From Vitrella brassicaformis CCMP3155 (Eukaryota; Protista; Chromerida): DNA of 63,926 bases. The notes under the pieces are model-generated. The model had not been told where the DNA came from, ran no database searches, and worked only from the letters and a program-made list of their open reading frames with translations. Positions within the stretch are counted from its first letter, which is position 1; every line of letters starts with the position of its first letter. The position numbers were made by a program, and so were the translations under genes. Where the stretch lies: contig CDMY01000123.1 in assembly GCA_001179505.1 (NCBI GenBank), positions 62,075-126,000 of the forward strand, given 5' to 3'. This document shows, one piece after another, positions 26,522-40,055 of the stretch.

Positions 26522-29500
26522 ATGCGAACCGACCGCGGCAGCAGCAGACATGAGTCGGCGGTGCAGACGCAGAGCGCAGTGCAACAAGCGGCTCCAGCTG
26601 CAGTGATTCTGGCGGAGGGAGGCCCCTCCCGGCCTCCTTTCGTCGTTCGGGACACGATCGCGCAACGCTTTGACATCCCGCTGAGCTCCGTGAAACGGAA
26701 GGTCGAGATACGTTGAGCGAAAGTAAAGATAATACTTGAGTGACGATTTGAGTGACCTCCCACACTACCACCAGGACACACCTGTTCGTGCTGGCGTCTT
26801 TTGTCGACCTTCTCCGCGAGGGCGCAAGATTCACTGTGTGATCTGTTGTGATCTGAACTGCCTATGCCTCCACCGCTCGAGACCTGATCTGACACACGTA
26901 GGGTGAGTGGGGGGGAGGGCACTTACCGGCAGCACACGCCAGACCAAATCCGACGACTGCCTGTGTATGGTGTGTGTGTCTTGCAGACAGACACCGTGTC
27001 CCATAGTATCCATGCTGCTTCACCCACGTGCCGCCCCGATGCGCACCGGCACCGGAGGGCCGGGCAAGCTACACACAAAGCCAGACGTACGCGCACACAC
27101 AAGACAGACAAGACACACGAACAATCTGCCTCTTAAGATATACAGCATTGATCACTCTGGTTGTGTCCCTTCCGCCCCGCCCTTCTCTCGGTCTGTCTGT
27201 GTGTGTGTCACTTGCACAGCGCACCGTGTCAGAGGAGAACAGGCGACTCCGACACGAGCTCGCAGAGGCGCACTATCGTGTAAGCTGGAACTCTCGCAAA
27301 GACCACAGACAACACAGCGACACACACGTGGCTGTCTGTGGCTGTGGGTGGGCTTGTGTGTTATGCGCTGCATCAGTTGGACGAGCTTCGTGAGCTCCTT
27401 CACGACCGCACCGCGCAGATCAAGTTTCTGTTCAAACAACTGCAAACGGTACGCCGACACACAGAGCACAGACAGCCTCCTCTCTGACACGAGCCCTCTC
27501 TCTGTCTGTCTGCCTGTCTGCCTGTGGTGGTCGATGCGATCAGTTGCTGGACCGCTATCCGTCTTTGCAGAACGACCTGCTGAGCTTCGTCGAGAGCCAG
27601 ACGGTCGAGCACGACGGCAACTCGCCCACACTCAGCGACGGCGGCAGCATCGAGGGAGGAGACTCGGACGTCATGGACTCATGGCCCGGACCTGTCACCT
27701 ACGAGCACACCACCACCATGACCACCACCACCACCACCCCAAGCAACACCGCACCCCCACCCCCACCCGCACCCGAGCCACCCACAGCCACCAAGCAACA
27801 CCCACACCCACAGTCATTGCAGCACCAGCCGACCAAGCCGGTGCTGCCCATGGCGGCGGTGCAGGCGACCCCCACCCCCCGGAAGAAAAAGGACAAGCTG
27901 GCCACGCCGCAGCTGCGGGCCAAGAGGGACAGGCGCGGGCGTGTCAACCACTCCATCAACCAGAGGGACAACTCGCTCGAGCGTTTCAGCCAGGTAGGTA
28001 CACCCATCACATTGACACACATGGGCACAGACACACGTGTATCTCTCTCTGTGTTCCTGTGTGTGCAGGTGCATGACGACACGACCGAGGAGAGCACCGA
28101 CGATGCGTCGAGAGTGCGGCGGGCGATGCAGCAGCAGCACAGACGGAGGTCCAGGGGGGCATCGCCCAACGAGGGGCTGCCGCTCAACAGCCTGCAGCAC
28201 ACCAGCACCGACAGCATCCAGATGCAGCAGCAGCAGCAACAGCAGCAGGCACACCCACAGCCCGCCAGCAATGCATCGAGACGACGTAAGACTGACGGGC
28301 ACCTGAACAGCACAACACAATGATTGCTCTTTCTCTTGTGTCGCTGGCCATCAATCAGACTTCCGCATCACGGATCACTCCCCCCCGCAGCCCCGCCCCC
28401 AGCCCGTCGCAGGCGGCAAGAAAAACGCCATTGCCAAGAAGCCACCTGTCTACCCAGGTACACACACGTGACCACCCACACCCACAGCACACCACACCAC
28501 ACCTACAGACACATCCACCCACTCCTCCTTGCGTGTATTCATGCCTGCAGAGGGCCAGCAGCAGCAGCAGCATCAGCAGAGCCAGAAGTATTGTTCGCGT
28601 TCGCCCGGTCCCATTCTGCCTGAGGGCAACGTGACGACATCCATGGCCACCATGGCCATGGCCAAACCACCACTGGCGCAGGGGGGCGGCGCTGGTGTGG
28701 GCGGCGGGGTGCCGCGGGGCGTGTCTGCGTCGAATAGCATGGGGGCCAACAAGTGGCAGTCCAATGCACAGGCCATCGGTAGGGGGAGAGAGGGTGGCGG
28801 GGCTGTGGGGAGGTTGTGTCTCTCGTGTGTTATTTTCTGTGTCATTGGTGGCGGGTGTTCAGGCATGGCGGCGTCGATGGACGGCACCCGTATGGAGAAG
28901 ATCGACGTCGACCAGACCATCAGGTGAGGGAGTGAGCCAGTGACCACAAGCAGGCAGGCAGACACGTGTAACTGTGTGGACCAACGAACACCCACGCACC
29001 TCTATTCTGTGTGTGTCTTGACGTTGCTCACATACTACAGGTATCTGGCCGTGGCGCTGCACAACCACCTGATCGTCGCTCTCCGCAACCCCACCCCACA
29101 CAACGGTAGGCACTGCACTGGCCGATACACGACAGACATGCACCCACACCAGCACACACACACGCATTCGACACCTTCGGCACGTTTATCTGTCTGTCTG
29201 TCTGTCTGTCTGTCGCTCTGTCTGGTGCGTGTGGTGCAGCCAACCCTTTGACGATGCGCTTGGCGTCTGTGTTCCTGGAGCCCGATGCACTCAAGAAACT
29301 CAGAGACAATGCCAGACAGATGCAGAAAGGTCATTCACACACACGGAGACGGCATGCATCGATGGACACGCCCCTCCCTGTGTGTGTGTGTTGCTCAGAC
29401 CGCCACCCTTACACGTCTCTGATGTCGATCGGTAGCGACATCGACATCCCTTCGGAGGAGGAATCGTCTGACGACTCGCCAATGGCCAGCCACAGAGACA

Positions 29501-31006
29501 GCGAAGAGTACACAATCACAATCACACACACACACAGACACAGAGAGGTGCTGGGAGGAGGGAGAGGGCGGGCTAATGTGTTGGGGTGGGTGTTGACTTG
29601 GCTTGTGTGCAGTTCGTCGCGTCTGTCCAACAAGTCTTTGTGGAACACGTTTGTCAACCGCCGCGCCCCCGACCTCCAGTGCCTCTACAACTTCATCAAA
29701 AACATCGTGGTACGCTCACATACACTCGCAGATCCGTCCACACGCCAGCGGCACACGGGCACGTGTGTGTGTGTGTGTGATTGTGTGGCTGCAGGTGACG
29801 ACCCGCATGGAGCCCGAGATCAACGTCATCTGTCTACTCTACATCGAGAGGTGCGTGCGCGTGCGTGTGTGTGTCTTCGGATGGATTGCTACACCACCGC
29901 AGAGACTCACTCATACTGACTGACAGCCACGCAGAGTACACACGTGTGTGTGTCTTTGTGTCTGTGTGTGTGCAGGTTGATGCAGAAGGGCGGCGTCCGC
30001 TTCATCCCCGACAACTGGCGGCGACTCATCATCACCGCGCTGCTGCTCGCATCAAAGGCACGCAACCGCGCACAACCGACACACACAACACACACAGACC
30101 AAAACAAGAAAGCCAATTTGTGGGCGGCGCGTGCGCTGTGTGTGTGTGTGGTCAGGTGTGGGACGATGAGTCGTACGAGAACGCCGATTTCGCTGCGGCG
30201 TTTCCCGTGTTCAATCTGGAGGAGATCAACAACATGGAGAGGGTCTTCCTGCAACTCGTCGACTACCAACTCAGCGTCAAGGGTACGCCCATCCATGAAC
30301 ACACCGGGCAGTGCAGTCGCACTGGTGGATGGTGTGTGTGTGTGTGTGTGCGTGTGTGTGTGTCGGTTGGTTGGTCAGCGTCTGACTATGCCTCTACGTA
30401 TTTCGTCCTGCGCACTTTGGCTGCCAAGGACGGATGCGGAGAATTTTTACTGCAGCCGCTTGACGACGTACGGATACCCAATCCCCTCCCCCCCCCCCCC
30501 CCCCCCCCCNNNNNNNNNNNNNNNNNNNNNNNNNNNNNNNNNNNNNNNNNNNNNNNNNNNNNNNNNNNNNNNNNNNNNNNNNNNNNNNNNNNNNNNNNNN
30601 NNNNNNNNNNNNNNNNNNNNNNNNNNNNNNNNNNNNNNNNNNNNNNNNNNNNNNNNNNNNNNNNNNNNNNNNNNNNNNNNNNNNNNNNNNNNNNNNNNNN
30701 NNNNNNNNNNNNNNNNNNNNNNNNNNNNNNNNNNNNNNNNNNNNNNNNNNNNNNNNNNNNNNNNNNNNNNNNNNNNNNNNNNNNNNNNNNNNNNNNNNNN
30801 NNNNNNNNNAACCCCCCCCCCCCCCCCCCCCCCCCCACACACACACACGCAGAGAGAGAGAGAGTGTGTGTGTGTGATAATGTGTGTCAATGTGTTGATT
30901 GTGTGTGCAGGTGAAGGCCCGTCAGCTGAGCCATCGGTCCAAGGCGCGGCTGACGGAGCTCAAGAAGCGATACCCTGAACAGTTCCAGCTCAACTCCATG
31001 CCATAA
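26522..31006 (+). CDS. Cyclin Y-like cyclin with long N-terminal coiled-coil/low-complexity extension
   Basis: C-terminal cyclin box: MEPEINVICLLYIERLMQKGGVRFIPDNWRRLIITALLLASKVWDDESYENADFAAAFPVFNLEEINNMERVFLQLVDYQLSVKASDYASTYF. TAA at 31004-31006. The start codon and first exons are uncertain. Confidence 0.8.
30510..30809. other. Assembly gap (300 N) in last cyclin intron
   Basis: N run flanked on both sides by poly-C. Confidence 0.95.
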
Positions 31007-31736
31007 GCAGGCACACAGACTGACAGACAGACAGACGGACAGACAGACGCATAGAATAGACGGCTTGCCGATGGATAGGATAGTGGGAGGGAGGACAGTG
31101 GCGGGCCATTTGTTGATTCAGACACAACACACATGCAGCCAGCGTTGGCACATACGACGAACACACACACATCAACAACAACAACTACTACTATCTACTA
31201 CTACCTACTCTTCGCCCGTGGGTCTGTCGTGTTATTCGTCGATGCGTGTGTTGTGTTGTGTGCGTATGTACATGATGGATGTGTACCTGTCTGCCTGTCT
31301 ACCTGTATACGTGTGTGTGTGGCTTTACCTCCCTCTCCCTCCCTATACATATCTGTACGTCTGTATAGGGGGCGGAGGGTGGGTGTGAATGTGGGTGTGG
31401 GTGTGGGGTGTGTGGGGGTGTGAGGTGCATTCATTGGGGCAAGCAACGAGCAGGGCAGTCACAACAAAAGACACGACGGGCGAACGTCCAGGTGCATTTA
31501 TTCATCCACACATAACATTCACACATACACACATCTATGGGTACGTATACGTATGTGTATGCGTGTGTGTGCACGTGCGCCTGGCTGTCTGTCTGTCTGT
31601 CTGTCTGTCTGTGCGTCACGGTCGATCATGTACATAAGCTAAGGGCGTGCGTGCGTGTTGTTGTGCATACCTATCTCTTTCCCTCTCTCTCTCTCTCTCT
31701 CTCTCACCTCCACCCCCCCCGCCACACCCCCCCCCC

Positions 31737-32036
31737 NNNNNNNNNNNNNNNNNNNNNNNNNNNNNNNNNNNNNNNNNNNNNNNNNNNNNNNNNNNNNNNN
31801 NNNNNNNNNNNNNNNNNNNNNNNNNNNNNNNNNNNNNNNNNNNNNNNNNNNNNNNNNNNNNNNNNNNNNNNNNNNNNNNNNNNNNNNNNNNNNNNNNNNN
31901 NNNNNNNNNNNNNNNNNNNNNNNNNNNNNNNNNNNNNNNNNNNNNNNNNNNNNNNNNNNNNNNNNNNNNNNNNNNNNNNNNNNNNNNNNNNNNNNNNNNN
32001 NNNNNNNNNNNNNNNNNNNNNNNNNNNNNNNNNNNN
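31737..32036. other. Assembly gap (300 N), intergenic
   Basis: N run flanked by similar C-rich sequences (cccgccacacccc on both sides). Confidence 0.95.
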
Positions 32037-34146
32037 CCCGCCACACCCCCGCCCCACCCCAGCCTGTCTGGTTTTCTGCTTTTTTAGGAGTCATTTATCC
32101 ATCCATACGCCCATACGATAAGCGGTTTCATCAAGCAGAGATCTCTTCTGGAATTGGCGGCGGCTGTGTGGGAGCCAGGGCCGCGCTCTCTTGGCTGGTT
32201 CCGGCCGGCCATGATCCATTCACACACACATAGGTCACGTCCATCAAACCACCCACCCAGCCACCGCTCCCAAACAAATGCATTTCTGGGGTTAGCACAG
32301 ATCGACCGACTGCCTTGGCTTGACGAGTGGATTGGATTGCGACAATGCATTGGATTGTCTGGATGGATGGATGGATGCTTTGTATGTGTGTGTATGTGAA
32401 TGTACGCCGTGTTTTCATGTGTTTGTTGGTTGGCTGGTTGGTTGGTTGATTGTGGATTTCCGAGCCATATGTGTTGCGGGTTTGTTGATTATCCTTCCAT
32501 CCGCTGTCTTGTCTGTCTGTCTCTCTGCCTCTCTCTCCGTGGGTCTGTCTGTCTGCCTGGATTCGATCTCATCTCTGCACATACGCACACGTTTTTCTCG
32601 TCTGCCCAGCTCAGCTCTGCTCGCCTCGAGATCTCCCTCAGCAGTACCCTACACCTTTCTCTCTCTCTGTCTGTCTGTTGCATACCTGCGTCTCGTGTGC
32701 AGTGCAGCTTGCCAGGCAGTCACATCATTTTTCCCTCTCTGCCCGCCCCATGGTGAATGACATATGAGTAAGATAACCCGACAAAGAGGGAGGCGTTTGT
32801 CGTGCGTGTCTGCCTCTGCCTCTTGGTGGTCTGTCTTTTTCCCACTCACTCTCTTTCTCTCTGTCCATAATGCTGCATGTGTGTGTGTACTCGGCTTATA
32901 TATTCTCTCTGTCTTGTCTCTCTCTCTCTCTCTCGCTTCGTTTCTTTACGGTTGGTATCCTTTATCAGGCAGCTTTATGTGTGTGTTCCTGACTAAGCGA
33001 AGAGCCCCGACAGAGAGAGAATGAGAGAATGACGGAGAGAAAGCAATGCAGGAGCGAGCACCGGCATGGCGTCGAACGAACGACTTGGTTGGGTTTAGTC
33101 GTTTTGAGTCGGGCTTTTTGGCTCATCCGTCATGACACAACCGAGACCACACCACATGACACCACATGACATCACATGACATTGACATGATTGACATTGA
33201 CACAGAGAGTGAGAGTGAGAGAGCGAGGTTGGATTGAGAGAGAGAGAGGTGAGGTGAGTTGAGAGAGATGTTCGGTTTGTATGTTTGTGTGTGTGTGTGG
33301 CTTCGTTGCGTTGGTCTCTTTGTAGTTCGTAGCACCCGACACGCATGGCATGCACTCACCCGTCCGTGTTGGGGAGAGGCTGCACGCGCCAAGCCGCCCA
33401 TTGCCGGTTGCTGGCTGAAGTGCGTACGATCCCGTCCCCACGCGCATGGGTGAATGAATGCAGTGCGTGGGTGCAATTTTGGCTGTTGTGTTGGGCGTGT
33501 GGGTGTGTGGTGGGTGGGGTTCGCAGTGAGGGAGAGAGACGAAGGTCCATTGACTGCATGCTCCATCGGTGAGGTACGGGTGGCTGGTGTTTGAGAGCGA
33601 AGCAATGAGCTGCTGCTGCTGCTGAAGCTGTCATGTCATGTGATGACTGGATGGGGTTTCCTGCTTGTGGATGGATGGATGGATGGCATGTGCTGCGCGG
33701 GGCTGATGCGGCGCCAAAGTGTATTCATATGTGACGTGACGTGACGTGACGTGTTGTTGTCTGCGAGGGGTGTGTGTGTGTGTGGTCGCATACAGCAGGG
33801 AGGGAGGGAGGGAGGGAGGCGAGGACTGAAAGCGGAGCGTGCAATGGACCAAAGAGCGGACGAAGAGAGCATAACTAAGTAGCGGCTTGATAAAGGCCCT
33901 TATCTACGTCAGAGTCAGTCTGTCACACACAAAAACACACACAAACACACGCACTTACACACACGACACACGAGTGTGTGTCTGTAACAAATGGACACGT
34001 ACACTACACACGGATGGGAGGATGGATGGGTGGAACACCCACAGCAACACACGGACGGAGGACACTAGAAAACCCACCACAGAGGGCGGGAAAAATACCC
34101 TCACGCACTGATCCATCCATCCAGCCATCCGCTGAAAGGGCTTCAC

Positions 34147-37100
34147 TCAGTCGTCCTCCATCTTGACCCTAACCTCCCCCTCCCCCTCGCCCTCTGTCTT
34201 CACTCTCGCCTCTTTCTTCTCCGCCTTCTTCTCCGCTGCTGGTGGCTGCTTAACAATCCTCGGGCCCACACCCACACCCCTGTGGCTGTCGCACATCCTC
34301 TTCTGCCTGTCCAGCAGCTCAAGCACCTTCGCAGGCACCGCAAGCCGCTCCTCTCTTTGGTGCTGGTGGTGGTGGTTCTGATCCTCTCCTTGGTGCTGTG
34401 TCTGTGTGAGTGTCTCGTCTTTGATGGCCGCATGCTCCTCGGCCTTGTGCTCGATCTTCTGGCGCTTCACCAGGGGGCTGCCCGAGCGGTCCAGCACCAT
34501 GGCGTCGGGCCAGAACCTGACACACAGACAAGGCACACACAAGATGTATGGATTGGGTTTGGGAGTTCTGCCTGACTGACGGACCAGTGCATCTTCTTGA
34601 GTGCGTTTTCCTTGGAGCATTCTAGCATGAGAGCCTGGTCGGGTACGCGCCGCTCGGGGGGGCGGCACTCGATGCCCAACGCGGCGAAGATCTCCTCCTC
34701 TGCACCACACATCAATCAGGACACACAGTAACTATCCCATACAGACCGACAGACAGACAGATGGATGGAGGATGTGTGTGTGCGCACCTGACTCGCATGG
34801 GATGACCTGGCCCTGCCAGATCTGATGACAAAGCGGGAAGAGACACACAGGCATATGGTTGGTTGATTGCCAGGCCAGCAGTGTGTGTGTTGCAGGGTGT
34901 GGTGTGTGTGTGGTGACGACCTTGTCCTGCGCTGCGCGCCGGTTGCCCTGCACACCCACCACACAGACACGCACACGCACACACATGGATGCGTTCGTTC
35001 TCGGTGCCACAGGAGTGCGTGCGCACCGGTCTATGGTCGGCCTTTCGTTTGCTGTCCCTCATGGCTTTGCAGAGCTTGTGCTCAGACAGGTGCAGACCCA
35101 TGTGGATGGCATGCTGCCGAATCACACGGTTGAAGTGCCCACTGCCTGCACACAAAAACACACAGACACACACACAGAGAGAGAGAGAGAGATGGATGGA
35201 CAGACCACACCATGGTGGTCTGTCTTTCGGCTGGCCGACCGACCGCACCGGTGAAGTGGACGAGGGCGAAGGGAAACTCAGATCGGTGCCACATCTGGAT
35301 GGACAACAAGGACACGCCGTCTCACAAAACCACTCATTCCTGCCTGCGCGGTCTCTCACAGCAGTTCCTCGTGTGTGGTTGCTTGCCTTGATGTCTATTC
35401 GTCGCTTGGGCCCCGATCGGTCCGGCCAGCACACACCCAAAAACGTGACAGACGGATGGCCGGGGTCCTCTGCACACACACACACACACACACACACAGA
35501 AATGGACCACTCACGCAAAAGTGCGTGTGTGTTGTGCTCTTGTGTGTGTGGTTGTGTGTAACCGGGGTGTGGGATGCCGCCCTGGACGGCTTTCCCCTTG
35601 TCAGGCTCCGACATGCTCAGCGTGTCGACGATGAACCCCTCGCCCGACAAACTGGTCAATCAGCCAACAGTGAGTGACAAGACGCGCTAATTGGTGGTGA
35701 ATCGATTGCCATCGGTGCCACCGACCTGTCGAGGATTCGCTGCACCTCAGTGCCCACCTCCCGGTCGTCCGTTCGTGTGACGAGTATGTCGATGTCGCCC
35801 AGGTGCGTCTCGCCCCGTCTGTGGCTGCCGCACAGCTCGAGATGCAGCTCTCCCGGCAAGAGCTCGGCCGCCTTTTCACACACCCGCTGGTAGATGCTCT
35901 CCACCTCTGCCCGCGTCATCTTGAGGGCAAAGTCGTCGACGTACTTGAGACACCGCCGCTGTCTGTCGGTGTCCAGCGCCTCTGGGTGTTTCTTGATGTC
36001 GTCGAGGGTGCGGAAGCCGCGGGCCCACAGCCTGCCGGCCATGGAGGGGCCGACCCCCCAGATCTGGCAGAAAGACCGCAGCGCCTGCAGGCGCTCGTCT
36101 TTCTGCACACACGGACGGGAAGACGATATATGGGTTGGCGGAGGGAGGGAGAGAGGGGAGTGTGGTGTGATGGTTGTTGCTGTGGTGGGTGGCTTCGTGT
36201 GTGTACTTTGAAGTTGTTGAGGCGTTGGAGCTTGCCTGTGTCGAGCAGCTCCTGCACCTGAATATATAATCAATCAGCACACAACAGACAGCACCCACAG
36301 CCACACTTGCGCAGAGAGCCCCACCCGGGAGGCAGCGCTCCCGAGCACACCTGCTCACCAGCCTACCTTCTCGCGCACTCTGGGGCCGATTCCTTGCTGG
36401 CCGGCTGCAGAGCAGAGAAGACGTGACACACAGGGGATGAATGGTGGACGCTATGGTATGGTGTGAAGCCTAGTGGCTGACTGACTGACCGATGTCGTCA
36501 GCTGACAAGATGGGCTTGTCCAACCCAGCGATGAACTTTGCAGCCCTCGAGTAGGTGTAACTGATGGCACAGAGCACACACACGTCCCGTGTGTCTCTTT
36601 CTGCCTCCTGTGCTTTGCTTACTGCCGCCATTGGTCGCTAGAGGCCTTGTACCCCTTCGACAGCTCAGTGAAGTGCTGCACATACACACACACATACGCA
36701 CAGAAACAGAGCCATGTTTGTCCATCATCACTATCTTTGAGCGTTCACCCACCTCTGCCATCCACTTGTTCCTCTCCAGCGAGGGCTTGGTGTAGTCGAC
36801 GGTGCCGTCCTCTCCGCCCTCAATCATGAGCTCCTCACCATCCTCACCAAGACCGAAGCCCTCACCCACGTGTGGCTCCATCGCCAGCTCGTCTTCCGGC
36901 TCCTGCTTGACCACCGGATGTGGCTGCTGCTGCTGCTGCTGCTGAGGGAGAGGGGGAGGGGGAGTCGTGTGGCTGTCGGAGCCACCACTGGCCGCAGCAG
37001 ATCTAGAGGCGGACGAGGGCGCGCTTGGCGCGCTCTCGGTGAACTGATACAGGTAGGCTGAATACACACACAAAGAAAGGCGTGCAGACGGGGGGTTGCA

Positions 37101-37586
37101 TGTGCAGATTCATTGTTTCCATGGGATCTGATCTACCCACCCACCTTCATCGTTCTGTCGTTTGCCCGTCTGAGATGACTTGGTCATCCACTCGTCACGC
37201 ACCACCTTCGCCCGACCAGTGCTGATGGACTCTTCTGTCAGGGAACTGTCGTGGAGAAAACGAAGGAACCCCTGAACGCCCATACAGTACATCACACAGT
37301 GACAGCCACACACAGAGATAAAATCCGCAATCATTCAGTCAGCGCACCTGACCTGTCTGCTGAGTGTCTTGGCCACGACGATGTGTGTGATAGCGGGGTT
37401 GAGTTCCTTCTTCTCCCGGCCCTCCTCGTCGATGAATGTGCTGGTGATGTCCTGGATGACCTGCCCGCCCTTGTCCTTGACGCGCTGACTCATCGTGTTG
37501 ATGCGGGAGAGACCCAGATCGCCCCGACGGACGAAATACAAACTGCATGACGAGAACACGCCGCCAGATGAGGGCGATTCAGCCAT
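34147..37586 (-). CDS. POLL: Family X DNA polymerase (lambda-like) with N-terminal BRCT-like domain
   Basis: BRCT-like N-terminus (YFVRRGDLG..THIVV..VVRDEWM), 8-kDa lyase HhH (GIGPRVREKVQELLDTG), IWGVGPSMA, CGSHRRG, GDIDIL (DxD), RRIDIK, FALVHFTGSGHFNR and EEEIFAALG. Confidence 0.9.
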
Positions 37587-37681
37587 TTCGAGTCGCAACT
37601 GGAGAGTAAGAGCTGCCGTATCTGTGCGCGATTTGTGCCACGTCCCCTTGTTTTCGGCAGGGGGAGGAACACATCTGCCAC

Positions 37682-37698
37682 CAGCTAAGCTCGCAGAC
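37682..37698. promoter_or_regulatory. Candidate promoter element CAGCTAAGCTCGCAGAC
   Basis: Centre of the 191-bp spacer between the Pol X and NAD(P)-binding ATGs. 17/17 identity to 16363-16379. Confidence 0.45.
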
Positions 37699-37777
37699 CG
37701 GAGGAGGCCAGACAGGCTCTTTCTCCCCCTTTAGGCCGCCTCCGAGTCGTGTGTGCTTCTGCTTAGCGGAACAAACA

Positions 37778-39904
37778 ATGCAGTTTGTGGGATCTTTGTC
37801 GGCGTGCTTGCTGTCACTCATTGTCGGTGGCTGTGAGGCCTTTGCAGCCACGCAGGTACTTAGGCACACTCCGCCTGCACTGCATTAATTCACTTCCGTA
37901 GCCAGTCACTGCACGTGAGCCCATCTTGTGTGATGGTCTCTCTCGTCAGGTGCCGGTGCTGGCCTCCCCATCTGTCACCGCTGCAACGCCCAAGAAGAAA
38001 CCGGTGTGTGCCAATCACTGCCATCCCACGCATCACACACACATATTTATTTGCTGCCATCCCATCTGTATTGCTTGTCTGCTTTGCCCTGCACGTACGT
38101 ATGTGTTCATTTAGACAATTCTGGTGACAGGCGCTACGGGGCGGACAGGCAAGGAGGTCGTGGCCAACCTCATCAAAAGATACAGACAGGTACACACACG
38201 AGGCAAGGCGAGGCAGCCGATCCATGCAGTGCAGGTGGGCTGTCTGTCTGTCTGTCTGTGTTCATTTCATTCGTTTGTCCCACACACGCACACGTAGGAT
38301 GAGGTGACTGTTCGTGTGGGTGCGCGAGATGTCAAGAAGGCCGAGCAGATGTTTTCTGACGTCAGCGACCGGGTGGAGATCGTTCAGTGTGACCTGTTGA
38401 ATGAAGGCAGCATCAACAAGGCGACCAGCGGTGTGGATAAAGTTGTCTGGGCGGCGACGGGATTCTCTCAACAGCAGTCTCTGCTGGACCGTGTGTTCTC
38501 CCTCATTCGCTTCGCAACGAGCCCGAAAACTACCGTCGAGGTGAGCAGAGCAGACAGCGAGGGCACCATCACACGTAGCGTTGCCGCTGTTGTATGTATG
38601 TATGTATGTATGTTTGTGTGTGCATGTGATGTGCAGGTGGAAGGGATCCAGAAGCTTGTGCAAGCGCTCAAGCAGCAGAGGGACGGCCGCAAGGAGCAAG
38701 ATGACGGTACGGTATGAGTGTACCCTGTTCGTTCGAACAGACAGACACCTGCCGGCCCACACAGCCAGCCACTTGTGTGTTTTTCTGTGTGTGCTGGCCT
38801 GGTTGGCTCGGCTCGGCTCGTTTCAGGTCTGCCTGCTTTTGTCATGATGTCGTCAGCAGCCCTCACTCGGCCCTTCTGGGATGAAGCTGAGAAGGAGAAG
38901 TTCGTGGAAGTGACCGACATTCCTATCGTCAAGCTCAATCCATTCAACATCCTGGGTGAGGGAGGCCAGTGATGCCTCTATGTGTGTGTATATATGTCGC
39001 TGGCTGTTTGGCAGGGACGAAGCTCGAGGGTGAGAACGTCTTGCGGAAGAGCGGGGTGCCCTACTGCATTGTACGGCCATGTGGCTTAAACGATGCCCAT
39101 AAGCGGGGCCGGCCGGTCCTCGTGCAAGGTGAGGGGGAACAGCACACAGCCAAGCACACACACACCATTTAATTACTTACATGAGTGTCTGCAGGTGACG
39201 TGGCGATCGGGCGCATCAACAGGTATACATACGCACACACACATTTCCTGTGTGAAGAAACTGTCTTCCATGAATACATACATCGGTTCCTTCACCGCAG
39301 GAAGGATGCGGCGGAGGTTGTGTGTTCGGTGTTGGAGTGCCCGGAGGCTACCGGCAAGACATTCGAAGTCTTCACAATCCCCTTGTACAAGAAGAGCCCT
39401 CAGGTCATCATATATGTGAACAGACAGACAGGACCCACCTCACCTCCACGGGCACATATCTGTGTGTGTTCAGACCTTCAAGAAGACGCTAGAGGGACTG
39501 AAAAGGGACTCACCCGACTGGCAAGATGATGTGGGAAGCAAGGTGAGTGGCCAACCAGGCCGCTCGCACACGCCAGAAACTTGTACGCAAATGCATGCAC
39601 GCCCTCCTTTGCCTGTCTGCCTGAGGAATGCAGGTTGTGAGTGACGAGCTTTATGAGTTTCTTCGCCAGCTCCAGCCCAACCCACAACCGAGAAACGTCG
39701 ACCAGGGGAGCCTCAGGCAAAGTACGTCCTTCTCGCAGATCTTCCATCTCTGCTCTGCCGCATACCCTGTGTGTGTGTGTGTGTGTGTGTGGGTTCCGTG
39801 CAGGCGATGAGGAGCCAGAGGAAGACGAGGGTGTGAAGGCCGATGCGGTGCAGCAGAAGGAGCGAGTAGAGAGGCAGGATCGCATAGTAGCCGCCGTCAG
39901 ATGA
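37778..39904 (+). CDS. Plastid-targeted NAD(P)-binding Rossmann-fold protein (atypical SDR, TIC62/NmrA-like)
   Basis: Signal peptide ending ..GCEA|F (Phe+1, typical of bipartite targeting to red complex plastids), ILVTGATGRTG, KLEGENVLRKSGVPYCIVRPCGL and GRINRKDAAEV. TGA at 39902-39904. Confidence 0.85.
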
Positions 39905-40055
39905 CGTGAGACTAGACCAATCAGTGACTTTGTGATCGCATGCATAACGTGCAGCCCTCGATTGACGCTTGTACTCAACACCCAACGGTCACAACACCAT
40001 TGGCACATTCTCACTTGCAACTCAAGCCTCTGATAGCGTCGCAAATCCGGGCCGT

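Noticed and set aside
24399-32036. Three exactly 300-N runs as possible hidden elements
   Set aside because: Identical length indicates placeholder gaps at SSR or poly-C tracts. The flanking exons join in frame for the two intronic gaps, so no lost coding sequence is implied.
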